Shown: positions 10,015 through 24,473 of the stretch, piece by piece | Layout: every line of letters begins with the position of its first letter | Numbering within the stretch: position 1 is the first letter of the stretch | Assembly (NCBI GenBank): GCA_965240325.2 | Contig: OZ251232.1 | Span: forward strand, 62,001-126,000 | Source of the DNA: Rebecca billardiae RCC1528 | Lineage: Eukaryota; Protista; Haptophyta | DNA: 64,000 nucleotides | Direction of reading: 5' to 3' | Position numbers and translations under genes: made by a program | Notes under the pieces: model-generated | What the model was told of the DNA's origin: nothing | What the model saw: only the letters and a program-made list of their open reading frames with translations | Database searches by the model: none

Positions 10015-13000
10015 ATGCCGCCGGCGCATCAGATGCACGCGGACGACGCGGCGGACGCGCTGCTCGACCCGGAGCGCTGCTTCGACGCGGCGCGCGCGGC
10101 GCGCGGGCGGACGCTCTCGCTCCTCGCGCGCGCCCTCGAGCGCCCCGCCGCCTCGGCGGACGGCGGCGTGCGCGCGCTGCGCGCGCTGTCGCTGCTGCTG
10201 CCGCTGCACGCCGAGCTGCGCGCGCCCGCCGCGCGCTTCGTCGCGAGCTCCGGCGTGCTGGAGGCGCTGGCGCGCCGCGTCGGCGGCGCGTGCGCCGAGT
10301 ACGCCGCCGCGCCGCCCCCCTCGCACCTCCCGCGCCGCCCCTCGCGCGACGGCGCCGCCCTCTCCGCCGCCGAGGTTGGGAGCGCGTGCGCCGCGCTGCT
10401 CGACGCGCTCTGGATTGCGTACCGGCTGCTCGCGGCGGACGCGTTCGCCGAGGCGGACGCGGGGCTCGCGCCGAGCAGCGCGTGGGCCGCGGTCGCGTAC
10501 CCGCCGCTCGCGCTCGCCGCGCAGCACGCGCACCCGCCGCCCGCCGGCCGGCCGGCGGCGGCGGCGGGCGCGGCGCCGCCCGGTGCGCCGCCGAGCGGCG
10601 GCGCCGCGGCCGCGGCCGTCGGCGGCGGCGGCGGCAGCGCGTCGCTCGCGCTGCCGGCGCTGCTCGCGCTCGCGCCGGCGGGCGTGCGCGTGACGAGCGT
10701 GGCGCTCGAGGTCTGCGCCCTCCTCCACCGCCTCGGCCCCGCCGAGGCGGCCGCGATGCGGCGCGCGTGGCTGCCCGCCTGCTGGCGCGCGCGCGCGCAC
10801 GCCGCGTGGGTGGGCGAGTGCCGCGCGCTGGCGGAGGCGTACGCCGCGCGCGCCGCGGCGCTCTTCGACGGCTCGGGCGCGTTCCCCGACGCCGACGCGC
10901 CGCTCGGCGCGCCGCCCGCCGAGCTCGGCGCCGCCCAGCCCGCGCCGCCCGCCCCCGGCGCCGCGCCGTCGCGCGAGGCGCGCGACGGCGCGCGCGCCCG
11001 CGCCGCGCCGCGCGGCTACGCGGTGCTGGGCGGCGTGGAGGTGGCGCTGGAGGGCGGGCCGGGGCCGGCGGAGGCGCCGCCGCGCGTGGGCGCGCCGGGC
11101 GGGCTGGTGCGCACGGCGGAGACCGAGGCGGCGCTCGGCTCGCTCGCGCGCGCGCTGAACGGCAGCGTGCGCCGCCCGATCGCCCTGCTCGGTCCGCCCG
11201 GCTGCGGCAAGTCGGCGCTGGTGCGCGAGGCGGCGCGCTGCCTGGGGTACGGCGGGCTGCTGAGCGCGCTGCACCTCGACGCGTCCGTCGACGCGCGCGC
11301 GCTGCTCGGCAACCACGTCGCCACCGGCCGGCCCGGCGAGTTTGCGTGGGCGGCGGGCGCGCTGACCGCGTGCGCGCGCGCGGGCGGCTGGCTGCTGCTC
11401 GAAGACCTGCCGCTCGGCTCCGGGGCGCAGGAGCCCGGGGGCGGCGGCGCGGCGGGCGGCGTGGGCGTGGGGAGCGACGTGCTGCCGCTGCTGCTCAGCG
11501 TCGTCGAGTCGCGCACGCTGCCGCTCGCCGCGGCGGGCGCGGGCGTGGCGTCGGAGGGCGTGCCCGCGCGCTTCCGCCTCTGGGCGACGCTCACCACGTG
11601 GGAGGCCAAGGGGGGGGAGGCGGGGCGCGCGCGCCCGCCGCCGCTGCTGCGCGGCTGGCGCGCGCTGCGCCTGCCGCCGCTGAGCTACCGCACCGCCGCC
11701 GCCATCGTGCGCGCCAAGTACCCCGCCGTGTGCGGCGCGCGGCCCGCGAAGCGCGGCCGCGCGCACGAGCGCGCGCGCGGCGCCACCGAGCACGGCGCCA
11801 CGCGCGGAGGCGCCGACGCGGAGGGCGGCGGCGGCGGCGGCGGCGAGCTGCTGCTCGCGGCCGCGTTCCGCGAGTACGCGCGCGCGGTGGGCGGGCTGGG
11901 CGCGCAGCTGGGCGCCGAGCCGGCCGGCGGCGCGGGCGTGCGCGCGGCAGCCGCACCCGACGCGCGCGGCGGCGGTGCCGACGGGGCGGACGGCGCGGAT
12001 GGCAACGGCGGCGCGCCCACCGACCTGCCCACCGACCGCGCCGCCGAGGCCGGCCCCTTGCCGCCGCCCGACTGGCTGGACGAGCCCACGGCGCACGCCA
12101 CGCTCTCGCCCGCCTTCGCCGCGCGCGCGGCGGTGCTCGCCGCGTCGGCGCGCGTGGCGGACGCGGACGCCGCCGCCGAGGCGGCGGGTGGTGACGACGG
12201 CGCCGCCGGCGCCGCGGGCGGCGCGGACGGCGCCGAGGGCGCGGCGGAGGCGGCGGCGGGGTGCTGCGCCGGCGGCGGCGTCTCCTGGTTCCGCCCGCTC
12301 TCGGCGGCCGATCTGTTCCGCTGGGCGGCGCGGCTGCACGCCGCGCTGCGCGCGCGGCCGGGCGCGCCGCTCGACCCGCGCACGCCCGCGTGGGCCGAGG
12401 CGTGCTACGCCGAGGGCTTCGACGTGCTGTGCGCGCCCGCGCGCGCGCCGAGGTTTGGCGAGGCGCTCGGCGTGGCGCTCGCGCGCGCGTGCGGGCTACA
12501 GCCAGCGCACGCGCGCGCGCGCGCGCGGCACCACCGGCCGCGGCTGGGCGTGGAGGGCGAGGGCGAGGGCGAGGCTGGCGGCGCGGGCGGCGGGCGCGCC
12601 GTGCACGCGGGCCGCGTCACGCTGGCCGCCGCCGAGTACGGCGGCGGCGCGAGCGCCGAGCCGGGCGGCGCGCGCGCGGCCTCGCTCCTCGCGCACACGC
12701 GCTGCGCGCTCGTGCTGAGCGAGCAGCTCGCCGCGTGCGTGCGCGCGCGGGAGGCGGCGCTGCTGGTGGGCGAGTCGGGCTGCGGCAAGACCACCGCAGT
12801 CTCCGCGCTCGCCGCCGCACTCGGCGTGCGGCTGCACGTGCTCAACCTCTCGCAGCAGTCGGAGGCGGCAGACCTGGTGGGCGGCTTCCGCCCGCTGCCG
12901 CCGCGCGCGCTGTGCGTGCCGCTGCACGCGCAGTTTGCGCGGCTGTTCGGCGCGTCCTTCTCGCAGCGGCAGAACGGCGCGTTCCTCGAGGCGGCGGCGG

Positions 13001-15741
13001 GCGCGGCGCGCGCGGGGCGCTGGGCGCGGCTGCTCCGGCTGCTGCGCGCGGGCGTGGCCGCGGCGCTCGGCGCGGCCGGCGGCGGCGGCGCGCGCGCGGA
13101 GGGCGGCGGCGGCGGCGCGGAGGGCGCCGAGCGCGCGGCGCAGCGGCAGTGCGTGCTCGCGCCCGCGCTGCAGCGGCAGTGGCGCGCGCTCGACGCCGAG
13201 CTCGCCGCCGCCGAGCAGCAGCTGGCCGCGCCGACGCCCACCGCGCCTGCGCCCGGCGGCGGCGCGCCCAGCGCCGCCGCCGCCGCCGACGCGCCCGACG
13301 GTCCCGACGGCGGCGTCGCCTTCCGCTTCGTCGAGGGCGCGTTGGTGCGCGCGATGCGGCTGGGCGAGTGGCTGCTGCTCGACGAGATCAACCTCGCGCC
13401 GCCCGAGGCGCTGCTCCGGCTGGTCGGCGTGCTGGACGGCGGCGCGGCGCACGGGGGCGGGGGCGGGGGCGAGGGCGGGGGCGGCGCCGCTGCCGGCCTG
13501 GGCAGCCTGACGCTGCTCGAGGCAGGCCAGACCTCAGCGCTGCGCGCGCACCCGCACTTCCGGCTGTTCGGCGCGATGAACCCGCCCACCGACGTGGGCA
13601 AGGCGGAGCTGCCGCTCTGCCTGCGCGCGCGCTTCGCCGAGCTGTGGGCGCCCGCCGCGCTGGGGCGCGCCGAGCTGGTGGACGTTGCGGCGCGGCTGCT
13701 GCGCGCGGCGACGCCCACGCCGGGGCCCGCCGCCGAGCTGGCGGCGGGCTTCTACCTCGAGATGCGCGCGGCGGGCGCGCGCGGCGAGCTCGCGGCCGAG
13801 CCGGCCGAGCTCGGCGGCGCGGGCGGCGGCGCGCCGAGCGCGCCCGCGCGCGCGCCCGCGCACTCGCTGCGCGCGCTCACGCGCGCGGCCGCGTACGCGG
13901 CGGGCTGCGCGGGGCGGTACGGGCTGGCGCGCGCGCTGCGCGAGGGGCTGCACGTCGCGCTGGTGTGCGCGCTGCCGCCACGCGCGCGCGCGCGCGCCGA
14001 GGCGCGGCTCGACGGCGCGTTCGCGGCCGCCGCCAGGCCGCCGCCCGGCGCGTCGCGCGCGGCGGGCGCGGGCGGCGGCGCGCTGCGGCTGCCGCCGTCG
14101 CTCGAGCGCGCGCCGCAGCCGCCGCCGGCGGCGCGCGCGGGCGGCGGCGGCTGGGCGGAGGTGGAGGGCTTCTGGCTGCCCGTCGCGCCTTCCGGCCTCG
14201 CCGCCGCCGGCGCGCCGCCGCCGCCCTCCGCGCCCGCCGCGCTGCGCGCGCGCCACGCGCGCGCCGCCGCGGCGGTGGGTCGGTACGTGCTCACGCCCAG
14301 CACGCGCGCGCGGCTGCGCGACCTCGCGCGCGTGCTCGCGGCGAGCGCGCCCGCGGCGGTGCTGCTCGAGGGGCCGACGGCGGCGGGCAAGACGTCGGCG
14401 GTCGAGTACATCGCCGCGCTCCTCGGCCGGCCGCTCGTGCGCATCAACAACCACGAGCACACCGACCTCGCCGAGTACGTCGGCAGCTACGCGCCCACGC
14501 CCAGCGGCGCGCTCGCGTGGCGCGAGGGGCCGCTCGCCGCGGCGGTGCGGCGCGGCTGGTGGGTGGTGCTCGACGAGCTCAACCTCGCGCCGGCGGAGGT
14601 GCTCGAGGCGCTCAACCGGCTGCTCGACGACAACCGCGAGCTCCGCGTCGGCGAGACCGGCGAGCTCCTCGCCGCCCACCCGGACTTTTGCCTCTTCGCG
14701 ACGCAGAACCCGGCGGGCGGCGCGTACGGCGGGCGCAAGCCGCTCTCGCGCGCCTTCACGTCGCGCTTTGTGGAGCTGCGCGCGGACCCGGTGCCGCCGT
14801 CGGAGCTGGCGGCGCTGCTGCACGCGCGCGGCGGCGGGCGCACGCCGCTCCCCTTCTGCCAGCGCATCGTCGACGTCCTCGCCCACCTCCGCCGCCTCCG
14901 CGCCGCCTCCAACGTGTTTGCGGGCTCGGACGGCCTGGTCACGGTGCGCGACCTCTTCCGCTGGGCGGCGCGCGAGCCAAGCACGTACGACGAGCTGGCG
15001 GCGGCGGGGGCGGCGCTGCTGTGCGAGCGGCTGCGGGACGGGGCGCAGCGCGAGGTGGTCGAGGGCGCGCTGCGCCGCTGCATACCCGCCGCCTCGCCCG
15101 CCGCGCTCGCGCCGCCGCCGCCGCCGCCGCCGGGCGCGGCCGACGCGGACGGCGCGGCCGCGAGCGCGCCGCGCGGCCGCGTGCGCGTCGTGTGGACGGC
15201 TCGGCTGCGCCGGCTCTTCGGGCTGGTGCGCGACTGCGTGGCGCACGCCGAGCCGGTGCTGCTCGTCGGCGAGACCGGCTGCGGCAAGACCACCGCCGTC
15301 CAGCTCCTCGCCGCGCAGGCCGGCGTCCGCCTCCGCACCCTCTCCTGCCACGCGCACACCGAGGCCGCCGACCTGCTCGGAGCTGTCAGGCCCGCGCGCG
15401 GCAGGCGCAGGCGGCACGCCGCGCTGCGCGACGAGCTCGACGCGGCGGTGGGCGCGGCGCGCGCGCTGGACGAGGCGGCGGCGGCGGCGCTCGGCGCGCT
15501 CGCCGACGCCGCGCCCGCCGACGCCGCCCACGCGCGCGCCGATGACGACGGCGCCGCCGCCGCCGCTGCGGGCGCGACGGCGGCGCGCGCCGCCAAGCGC
15601 GCGCGCACGCACGCGCGCGCCGACGGCGCGGCCGCCGAGCGCGCGCACACCGAGGCGTGCTCGGATGGCGAGGCCGAGGCCGCCGCTGCCGGCGGAGGCG
15701 AGGACGACGACAGCTCCTCCTCCGCCTCCGACGCCGAGTCC

Positions 15742-15772
<31 letters not shown>

Positions 15773-15963
15773 GCGGCGACTGTCGGCGCGCTCGGGCGGG
15801 CGCGGAGGCGGCGGAGGCGGAGGCGGAGGCGGAGGCGGAGGCGGAGGCGGAGGCGGAGGCGGAGGCGGAGCGCACCCTCGCCGCCATCGACGCGCTGCGG
15901 GCGGCGCTGCGCAGCGCGGCCAAGGCGGCGCTCGCGCGCGTGGCCGCGCTCGCCGAGGCCGAG

Positions 15964-16002
<39 letters not shown>

Positions 16003-19000
16003 TCGAGCGCGGGGGCGCCCGCGGCCGCGCCCGCGCCCGCGCCGCCGCCCACGCACCGCCGGCGCAAGAAGCGCAGCGCGGCGGGCGGCGGCGGCGGCGC
16101 GAACGGCACGCCCGCCTCGCCCGCCAGCGCCCCCGCCGTGCGCGACCCGCCCACGCGCGCCGCGCTGCGCGCCTTCCACGCCGCGCGCGCGCGCGCCCGG
16201 CGCGCGTCCGCGTCGTGCGCGGCGCTCTTCCGCTGGGCGGACGGGCCGGTGGTGCGCGCGATGCGCCGGGGCGAGTGGGTGCTGCTCGACGAGGTGGCGC
16301 TGGCGGACGACGCGGTGCTCGAGCGGCTGAACGCGCTGCTCGACCCGGCGCGCACGCTCTCGCTGCCCGAGCGCCCGGCCGGCGGCGCGGCCAACGACGG
16401 CGGCGGCGGCAGCGGCTGGTCCGACCTCTGGCTGGGCGAGCACGAGGAGGTGGCGGCGCACCCCAACTTCCGGCTGTTCGCCACGATGAACCCCGGCGGC
16501 GACTACGGCAAGCGCGAGCTCTCCCCCGCGCTGCGCAACCGCTTCACCGAGCTGTGGGTGCCTTCGGCGTCCAGCGCGCACGAGCTCACGCCCATAGTGG
16601 CCGACGCGCTCGAGCATGCGGCAAGCGCGGCGGCCAAGGCGGCGGGCGGCGCGCGCGGCGAGGGCGGGGAGGAGGGCGGCGGGCTGGGCGCGTGCGCGCT
16701 GCGCCGCGCCGCGCCCGTGATCGTCGGCGCGGTGCGCTGGGCGCGCGCCGACGCGCAGCTGCGCACCTCGCCGCTGGGCGGCACCGCCTCGCTGCGCGGC
16801 GCGCTGCAGTGGGCGGAGTTTGTGGGGCGCGCGGCGCCTGCGCTGGGCTCGCTCAGCCGCGCGGTGCTGCACGGCGGCTGCCTCGTGCTCGCGGACGCGC
16901 TGGGCACGGAGGGCGGCGCGCAGCGCGACGCGCTGCGCGCGCGCGTGCTGCGCACGCTGCACGCGATGGCCGCGCACCTCGACGCGCCCGACGGCCAGCC
17001 GCCACCCGCGCTGGCCGCCCACGACGCGAGCGCGGTGTGCGCGCTGCCCGCGCCGCGCGCGCCGGTGGGCTGGTCGCTCGACGAGCTCGACGGGCGCGTG
17101 GTGCTCGCGCGCGACGGCGCGTCCGGCGCGCTGCGCCTCAGCGCGCCGCCCTTCGGGCTGGGCGCGCTACTGCCGCCGCCGCCGCCCGGCGCCGCGGCGG
17201 GCGCGGGTTGCGCCGTGAGTGTGCAGCTGCCCGCACCCGCGGCCGCCGACGGCTCGGCCCAAGCCGGCGGCGGCGGCGCGGGCGCGTACGCGCTCGACGC
17301 GCCGACGACGGGCAGCAACGCGTTCCGGCTGATCCGCGCGCTGCAGCTCGCGCGCCCCGTGCTGCTCGAGGGCTCGCCCGGCGTGGGCAAGACCTCGCTC
17401 GTCGTCGCGCTCGGCGCGGCGGTGGGCGCGCGCGTGGCGCGCGTCAACCTGTCCGAGCAGACCGAGCTGGCGGACCTGGTGGGGCAGGAGCTGCCCCGGC
17501 AGGGGGGAGGGGCGGAGGGGGAGGGCGGCGTGCGCTTCGAGTGGGCGGACGGCGTGTTCCTCACGTGCGTGCGCCGCGGCTGGTGGGTGGTGCTCGACGA
17601 GCTCAACCTCGCGCCGCAGCCGGTGCTCGAAGGGCTGAACTCGGCGCTCGACCACAGGCGCACGGTGCACGTGCCCGAGCTGGGGCGCGCGTTCAGGGCG
17701 CACGCGGGCTTCCGCGCGTTCGCGTGCCAGAACCCGCTCTCGCAGGGCGGCGGGCGGAAGGGGCTGCCCAAGTCGCTGCTCAACCGCTTCACGCGCGTGT
17801 GGCTCTCCGAGCTCGAGCGCGCAGACCTCGCGCACGTGCTCTCCGCCAAGTTTGGCGACCGGCTGCGCGCGCGAGGCGGTCGCGGCCGCGCGCTCGTGGC
17901 AGGGATGGTCGGCGCCGCCGCCGCGCTCAGCGCCGCGCTCGCGCCTACCGCCGGCCGCGCGCGCGTGGGCGGCAGCGGCGCGCCCTGGGACGTCAACCTG
18001 CGCGACCTCACGCGCTGGGCGCAGCTCGCGCTCGCCACCGCGCCAACGCCGGGCCGCGCGGCGCCGGGCTCGCTCGTGCCCGCCGTGCTGGGCGCGCGCA
18101 TGCGCACGGCGCGCGACCGCGACGCCGTGTGCGCCATCGCCGCCGCGGCGCTCGCGCGCGCCGCCGCCGACGCGGTCGCCGCCGACGCGCCCGCGGGCGA
18201 CGGCGCGGGCGCCGCGCCGCGCGGCGCGTGCGCCGACGCCGACTCCGACAGCGCGGGCTCGGGCTCGGAGGAGGAGGCGGAGGCGGAGGCGGGCGCGGGC
18301 GCGGGCGCGGGCGCGGAGGGGGCGCGGCTGCTGCTCACGCCGCGCTGGGTGCTCGCCGGCTCGGCCGCGCTGTGGCGCCCCGGCGCGCTCGAGCCGCCGC
18401 CGCCGCCCGCCGCGCGCGCCGCGCCCGCCGCCGACGCGGGCGCGGACGCGTGCGCGCACGCGGACGCGGACGCGGACGCGGCGGCGGACGACGAGGACGC
18501 GAGCGCGCACCCCCTGCCGCGCGCGCTGCTGCCGCGCGCGCACGGCGCGCTCTCCGCGCTCGCGCACGCCGCGGCGATGCGCTGGCCCGCCGTGCTCACC
18601 GGCCCGCCCGGCAGCGGCAAGACCAGCCTCGTCCTCGCCCTCGGCGCCGCGCTCGGCCAGTCGCGCGGCCGCGCGCCCGTCACGCTCTGCCTCGGGCCCG
18701 GCACCGACACGTCCGACCTGCTCGGGGGCTACCAGCAGCTGCCGCCGAAGAGGGGCGCGCGCGAGGCGGGCGCGGCGGCGAGGCGCGCCGCGTGCGCCGC
18801 CGCCGCGCGCGCCGCCGCCGCGCTGCTCGTCGCGGGGCCCGCCGCGCGCGGCGGCGCGGCCGCGGACGCGCCGGCCGCGCTGTGCGCGGCGCGCGCGGCC
18901 GAGGCGCGCGTGCGCGCGCTCCCGCCGCCCGCGCCCGCCGACGCGGAGAGCGCCGAGGGCGGCGGCGGCGGCGGCGGCGCGGCGGCGGCGGCGGCGGAGG

Positions 19001-22000
19001 TCGACGCCGCGCTCGACGCCGCGCTCGGCGCCGCGCGCGCGCTGCTCGCGCAACTGCCGCCCACGCCGCCGCAGCCGCCGCAGCCGGCGGCGGCGCCGGG
19101 CGCGCCGGGCGCGGCGCCGCCGGCTCGCTCCGCGGCCGCGCTCGCCGCCGCGGGCGCGCGCGCCGCGCTCGCGCGCGCCGAGGCGGCGGTGCGCGCGTCG
19201 CGCGCCGCGCGCGCCGCCGAGGCCGCGCGCGGCCCCTCGCCCCGCGCGTGCGCCGCGTCCTTCGCGTGGGTCGACGGCCCGGTGGTGCGCGCGATGGCGC
19301 GCGGCCGCTGGCTGCTGCTCGAGCGGCTGGGCGCGTGTCCGGCCGCGGTGCTCGACCGTCTGAACGGGCTGCTGGAGCTGCCGCCGTCGCTGGTGCTCAC
19401 CGAGCGCGGCGGCGGCGCGGCGTGCGACGGCGGCTGGGACGCGCCGCTGCAGCCCGCCCCGGGCTTCTGGCTCGTCGGCACCGCGTCCGCTGCGGACGGC
19501 GCCGAGCTGTCGCGCGCGCTGCGCAACCGGTGCGCTGAGATCTCGCTCGCGCCCGCGGCCCAGATCGCGATCTCCGCAGCCCGGATGGCCATCTCGGCAC
19601 CGGCGGCGGCGGCGGAGGGCGCGGGCTCGGCCGCGCAGGGCGCGGCGCAGGGCGGCGCGGAGGGCCCGACGCGCGCGGCGCGCCGCGCGGCCGCGCGCGA
19701 GGCGGCGGTGCTGGCCGCGGCCGGCGGCGACGGGGTGTTGCGTCTGGGCGCGGCCGCGCTGAGCGCGCTGCTGCAGGAGGCCGCGGTGGCGACGGGCGCG
19801 GACGGGCTGCTCGGCGTGCCCGCGGGCGTGCCCGCGCGCGCGCCGCCCGCGCTCGCCGCGCTCGGCCACGCCGCCGCCGAGCCGCCGCGCCCGCCGCTCG
19901 ACGGCCCGCTGGCGGTGGCGCTGGCGCTGGCGCTCTCCGCAGCAACGCGCGGCGGCGGCGGCGGCGGCGCGCTCGCGGGCGCGCTCGGCGGCGGCGGCGG
20001 CGGCTGCTGCTCGCTGCTCGAGCTGTGCGCGGCCACCGAGCGCGACGCCGCCGGCCGCGCGCGCCCGCCGCGCACCGCCGAGCGCGCGGGCGCGGAGGCG
20101 AGCGCGCTCGCGCGCGGCGCGTCCGCGCCGGCGCTCGCGTCCGCGCTCGCGCGCGCGGGCGCGGACGCGCTCGCGGCGTGCGGCGGCGCGGACGGCTGCG
20201 GCGTGGGCGCGGACGCGGCGGAGACGGGCGCGCTGCTCGCGATCGCGCTGCGCGCCGTGCGCGCCGCCGCGGCCGACGCCGCCGGCGTCGCCGACGAGGC
20301 CGACGGGGCGGAGGCGGCGGCGTCGGACGATGGCGCCGGCGGCAGCGCTCGCGCGCGGCGGCGCGCGCCGCCGGGCGGCTGCCTTGCGGGCGCGGGGTGG
20401 GCGCGGCAGGGCGCGCTCGCGTGCGCGTGGGCGGCGGCGCTGCTGCCCGCCACCGCGCCCGCGCTCGCCCTCTCGCAGCCGCTGGCGCACGGGCTGCGCA
20501 GCGCGCTGCCGCCGGTCGAGCACAGCGTGTGCGCGCTGCTCAGCGCCGTGCGCGCGTGCGGCTCGCTGGGCGTGGGCGCGCGGCAGCTCTGCCTGGCCGC
20601 GCTCGGCGACGCGCACGCGCACGCGCACGCGCCCGAGGACGAGGCGGAGGCGGAGGCGGAGGGCGGCTCCGAGGAGGAGGGGGAGGAGGAGGAGGGGGAC
20701 GCGCGCGGCGCGGAGGCGGCGCAGCCCGCGGAGGACGAGTCGCTCGCCCGCCGCGTGCGCGCCGCCCTCTCCCGCCTGAGCGCGCTCTGCGCCGTGTGCC
20801 GGTGCGCGCTGCTGCTGTATGCGGAGGGCACGGCGCACGCGGCCAGGGGCGTGCGCGCGCACGCGCTCAGGGCGGTGGCGCACGCGGCGGCGCGCGCGCA
20901 CGCGGCGGCGGGCGGCGGCGGCGAGGAGGACGGCGGCGCGGCGCGCGCCGTGTGCGCGGCCGTGTGCGCGGCCGCGTCGTCGCTGGACGGCGGCGACGGC
21001 GGCGACGGCGGCTGCGCGCACGCGCTCGCGGCGCGCGCCGTGCGGCTGCTGCGCGCGCCCGCGCACGGCGGCGGCGGCGGCGGCGGCGCGGCGGTCGATG
21101 CGGTGGAGGAGGAGGACGATGAGGCGGAGGCGGAGTCGCTGGGGCCGTGGCTGCCGTGGGCGGCGCGCACGCACGCGCCGGAGGCGCTCGAGCGCGCGCT
21201 CGGCGCCGCCGCCGCGGCGGACGCGGACGGCGGCGCCGCGCGCCGCGCCGCGCACCGCGCGTGCGCCGCGCGGCTGCGCTGCGCGCTGCGGCTGGCGATC
21301 GCGCCGCCGGCGCTCGCGCAGCCGGGCGGGAGCGGCGGCGGGCGCACGCTCGCGCTCGCGCGCGCGGCGCGCGCCGCGGTCGACGCCGCCGCGCGCGCGT
21401 GGCTCGTGCGGCCGAGCCCGGCGCCGCGAGCCGCCGCGGCCGGCGCCGCGGCCGCGCTGCGGCGCGCGTGCGCGGCGCTGCTGCGCCTCTCGGCGGCGCT
21501 CGGCCGGCTCGAGGCGTGCGCGGCGCTGGGCGCGCTGCGCGCCGACGCGGGCGCCGGCGCGCGCGCGGCCGAGCACGCCGCCGCCGCGCGCGCCGCCGAC
21601 AGCGCGCGGCTGCTGCTCGCGGTGCACGCGGCGCGCGGCGCGCGCGACTCGGCCGAGGACGCGTGCGCGCGCGCCGACGCGGCCGCGGCGGCCGGCGCCG
21701 GCGCCGGCGGCGCGGAGGCGGGCGCGGGCGCGGCGCTGCTGCCGCCGCCGTGCGCCGCGCTGCTCGCGCAGCTCGAGTCGAGCGTGGGCTACGCCCCCGC
21801 GCTGCTCGTGCACACGCTGCACGCCGCGGGCGCGTGGCCGGCGTGGCCGCGCGCGCCGCGCCGCGCGGCCGCGCTGCGCCGGCTGCTGGCGTGCGGCGCG
21901 GCGCTCGAGCCGCCAGCGCACGCCACCGCGAGCCTCGGCGCGGCGATCGACGCGGCGTGCGGCGGCGAGGCGGAGGAGGAGGGCGAGGGCGCGGCCGCGG

Positions 22001-24404
22001 ACGCGGACGCCGCCGCCGAGCGCGCGCACGCCTCGCCGCCGCAGCCGCCGCCGCAGCACGCGGGCGCGGCGCGCGCCGCCGAGCGGCTGTCGTTGGTGCG
22101 CGCCGCCGCCGCGCCGCCGCGGTGCGGCCGCATGGCGGCGGAGGGCGCGGCGGCGCTGCTGCACGCGGCGGCGGCGCGCGCGGCGGCGGCGCGCGGCGCG
22201 CTGGTGGGCGCGCCGCGCGCCGACGCCGACGCCGCCGACGCCGCCGAGCTCGCCGCCGCCGCCGCCGCCGCCGAGGTGCCGCGCGCGCTGCGCGCCGCGC
22301 TGCGCGCCAGCCGTGCGCAGCAGCTGGGGCGCGCGCCAGCCGGCCGCGAGCGCGCGCGCGCGCACGCGGCCGCGGCGTTGGCGACGTGGCGGGCGGAGCG
22401 CGCGGCGGCAGCGGCGGCGGCGCTCGCGCCCGCCGCCGCCGTCGCCGTGCTCGCCGCGGCCCTCGAGCTGCGCCGCGCGCTGCGCGCCTCCGCGCCCGCC
22501 GCCGCCGCGGCCGCGGCCGAGGTTGCGCTCGCGGCCGCGGCCGCGGCCGCGCTCGCGCCGAGCGGCGCCGAGGGCGGCGGCGTGAGCGTGGCGGAGGCTG
22601 CGGCGGCGCAGCAGGCGGCGTGGGCGCTCGACGCTCGCCTCGCCGAGCCCGCCGCGCCCGGCGGCGCCGCCGAGCTCGGCGCGTGCGCCGCCTCGCTGCG
22701 GCTGCTGCTGCTGCTGCGCGCGGCGTCGCCGCTCGCGCCCGCGCCCGCGCGCGCGCCGGCCGCGTCGGCGGCGGCGGGCGGCGCGGAGGCGGAGGGCGAG
22801 GCGGCGGCGGCGGGTGGCGCGGAGGGCACGGGCCTCGCGCAGCTGCTCGCCGCGCCGCGCGCGCGCAGCACGCTCGCGCTGCTCGCCCACGCCACGCAGC
22901 GCGCGACGCTGCGCACGGCGCACCCCGCGGCCGCCGCGGCCGCGCGCGCCGCGCGCGCGCTGTGGCTGCGGCGCGCGCCGGCGGTGCGGCGGGCGCTGGG
23001 CGGCGCGCGCGGCGCGGACGCGCTCGCGCTGCGCGCCGAGACGACGCGCCTGCTCGCGCCCTTCGCCGCCGCCGCCGCCGACGGCGGCGCGGCGGCGCGC
23101 GCGCTCGCGGCGTGGGCGGCGGCCGCGCGCGCCGCCGCCGGGCCGGCGGCGCCGCCGTCGGCCGCGGCCGCGGCGCCCGCGGCCGCGGCCGCGGCGGCGG
23201 GCGCGCTCGGCGCGGCGGCGGGCGCGGCGGGGCTGCGCGCGCACGCCGTGCCGCTGCTCGAGCCGCTGCTCCGCGCCGTCGCCGACGCGAGCGCGCGCGC
23301 CGCCGCGGCGGACGGCGCGGCGCGCGGCGGCGGCGGCGCGGCGCGCGCCGCGCTGCGCGCCGCGGCCGCGTGCGCGCGCGGCCGCGCGTGGGCGGCGCTG
23401 GGCGGCGCTCGCCTCGCGCTCGCCGCGCCGCCGCTCGCGCTGCACCCGGCGGCGGCGGACGGCGCGCGCGCGCGCGAGGCGCGCGCGCGCGCGCGCGCGC
23501 TCCTCGCCGAGCTCGACGCGCGCGGCGCGCACGCGGCGGTGTGTGGCGGCGCGCCGCTCGGCGCGGCGGCGGGCGGCGACGGCGCGGCGCCCGCGCTCGC
23601 GGCCGCGGCGGCGCGCGCGGCGGCCGAGGCGGACGCGGCGGAGGCGGCGGCGGCGGGCGGCGGCGGCGCGTCGGCGGACGGCGGCGGCGCGGCGCTCGGC
23701 GCGCTGCGCGCCGAGCTCGCCCGCTGGACCGACGGCGTCGGCCAGCCAGCGCGCGTGTGCGCGCTCGTCGACCGGCTGGCGGCGGCGGCGGCGGCCGCGC
23801 CCGCGCCGGGCGGCGCGGGCGGCGGGCGCGCCGGGCGCGCGGCGCGCGCCGCCGCGCGCGCGGAGGCGGCGGCGGCGCTCGCGGCGGAGGCGGCGTGGCA
23901 GCGCGCGGCCGCGGCGTTCGAGGCGCGCCTCGTGCGCGCGCACACGACGCTCGGCGTGCGCGCGCCGCCCGCCGCCGCCCTCGGCGGCGCGAGCGGCGGT
24001 GGCGGCGGCGCCGCCGCCGCCGCCGGCGCGGCGGCCGGCGCCGCCGGCGCGCGCTTCGGCGCGGACGCCGCGCTGCGCGCGCTCGGGCCGCGCGGCGGCG
24101 CCGACGCCGACGCCCCTCGCGCGGTCGACGTGGGCGAGCCTCTGGCGCTCGCGCTGTGCGAGCTGCGCCACGGGGTGGCGACGCTAAGGGAGGCGGCGCA
24201 GAGCGCAGCGGCGCGCGGCGCGCACGGCGGCGGCGGCGGCGGCGCGCACGCGGCCGCGCTGCTGCTGCGGGCGCTGCTCGCGCCGTGCGCGCCGCCGCCG
24301 CGCAGCGGGCACGCGGCCGCCGCGCTGGCCGCCGCGCCGCTCGGCGCGGCCGCGGTGCGCGCGCTCGACGCCGCCTCCTCCCTGGGCGGTCTGCGCGCAC
24401 TGCT

Positions 24405-24473
<69 letters not shown>
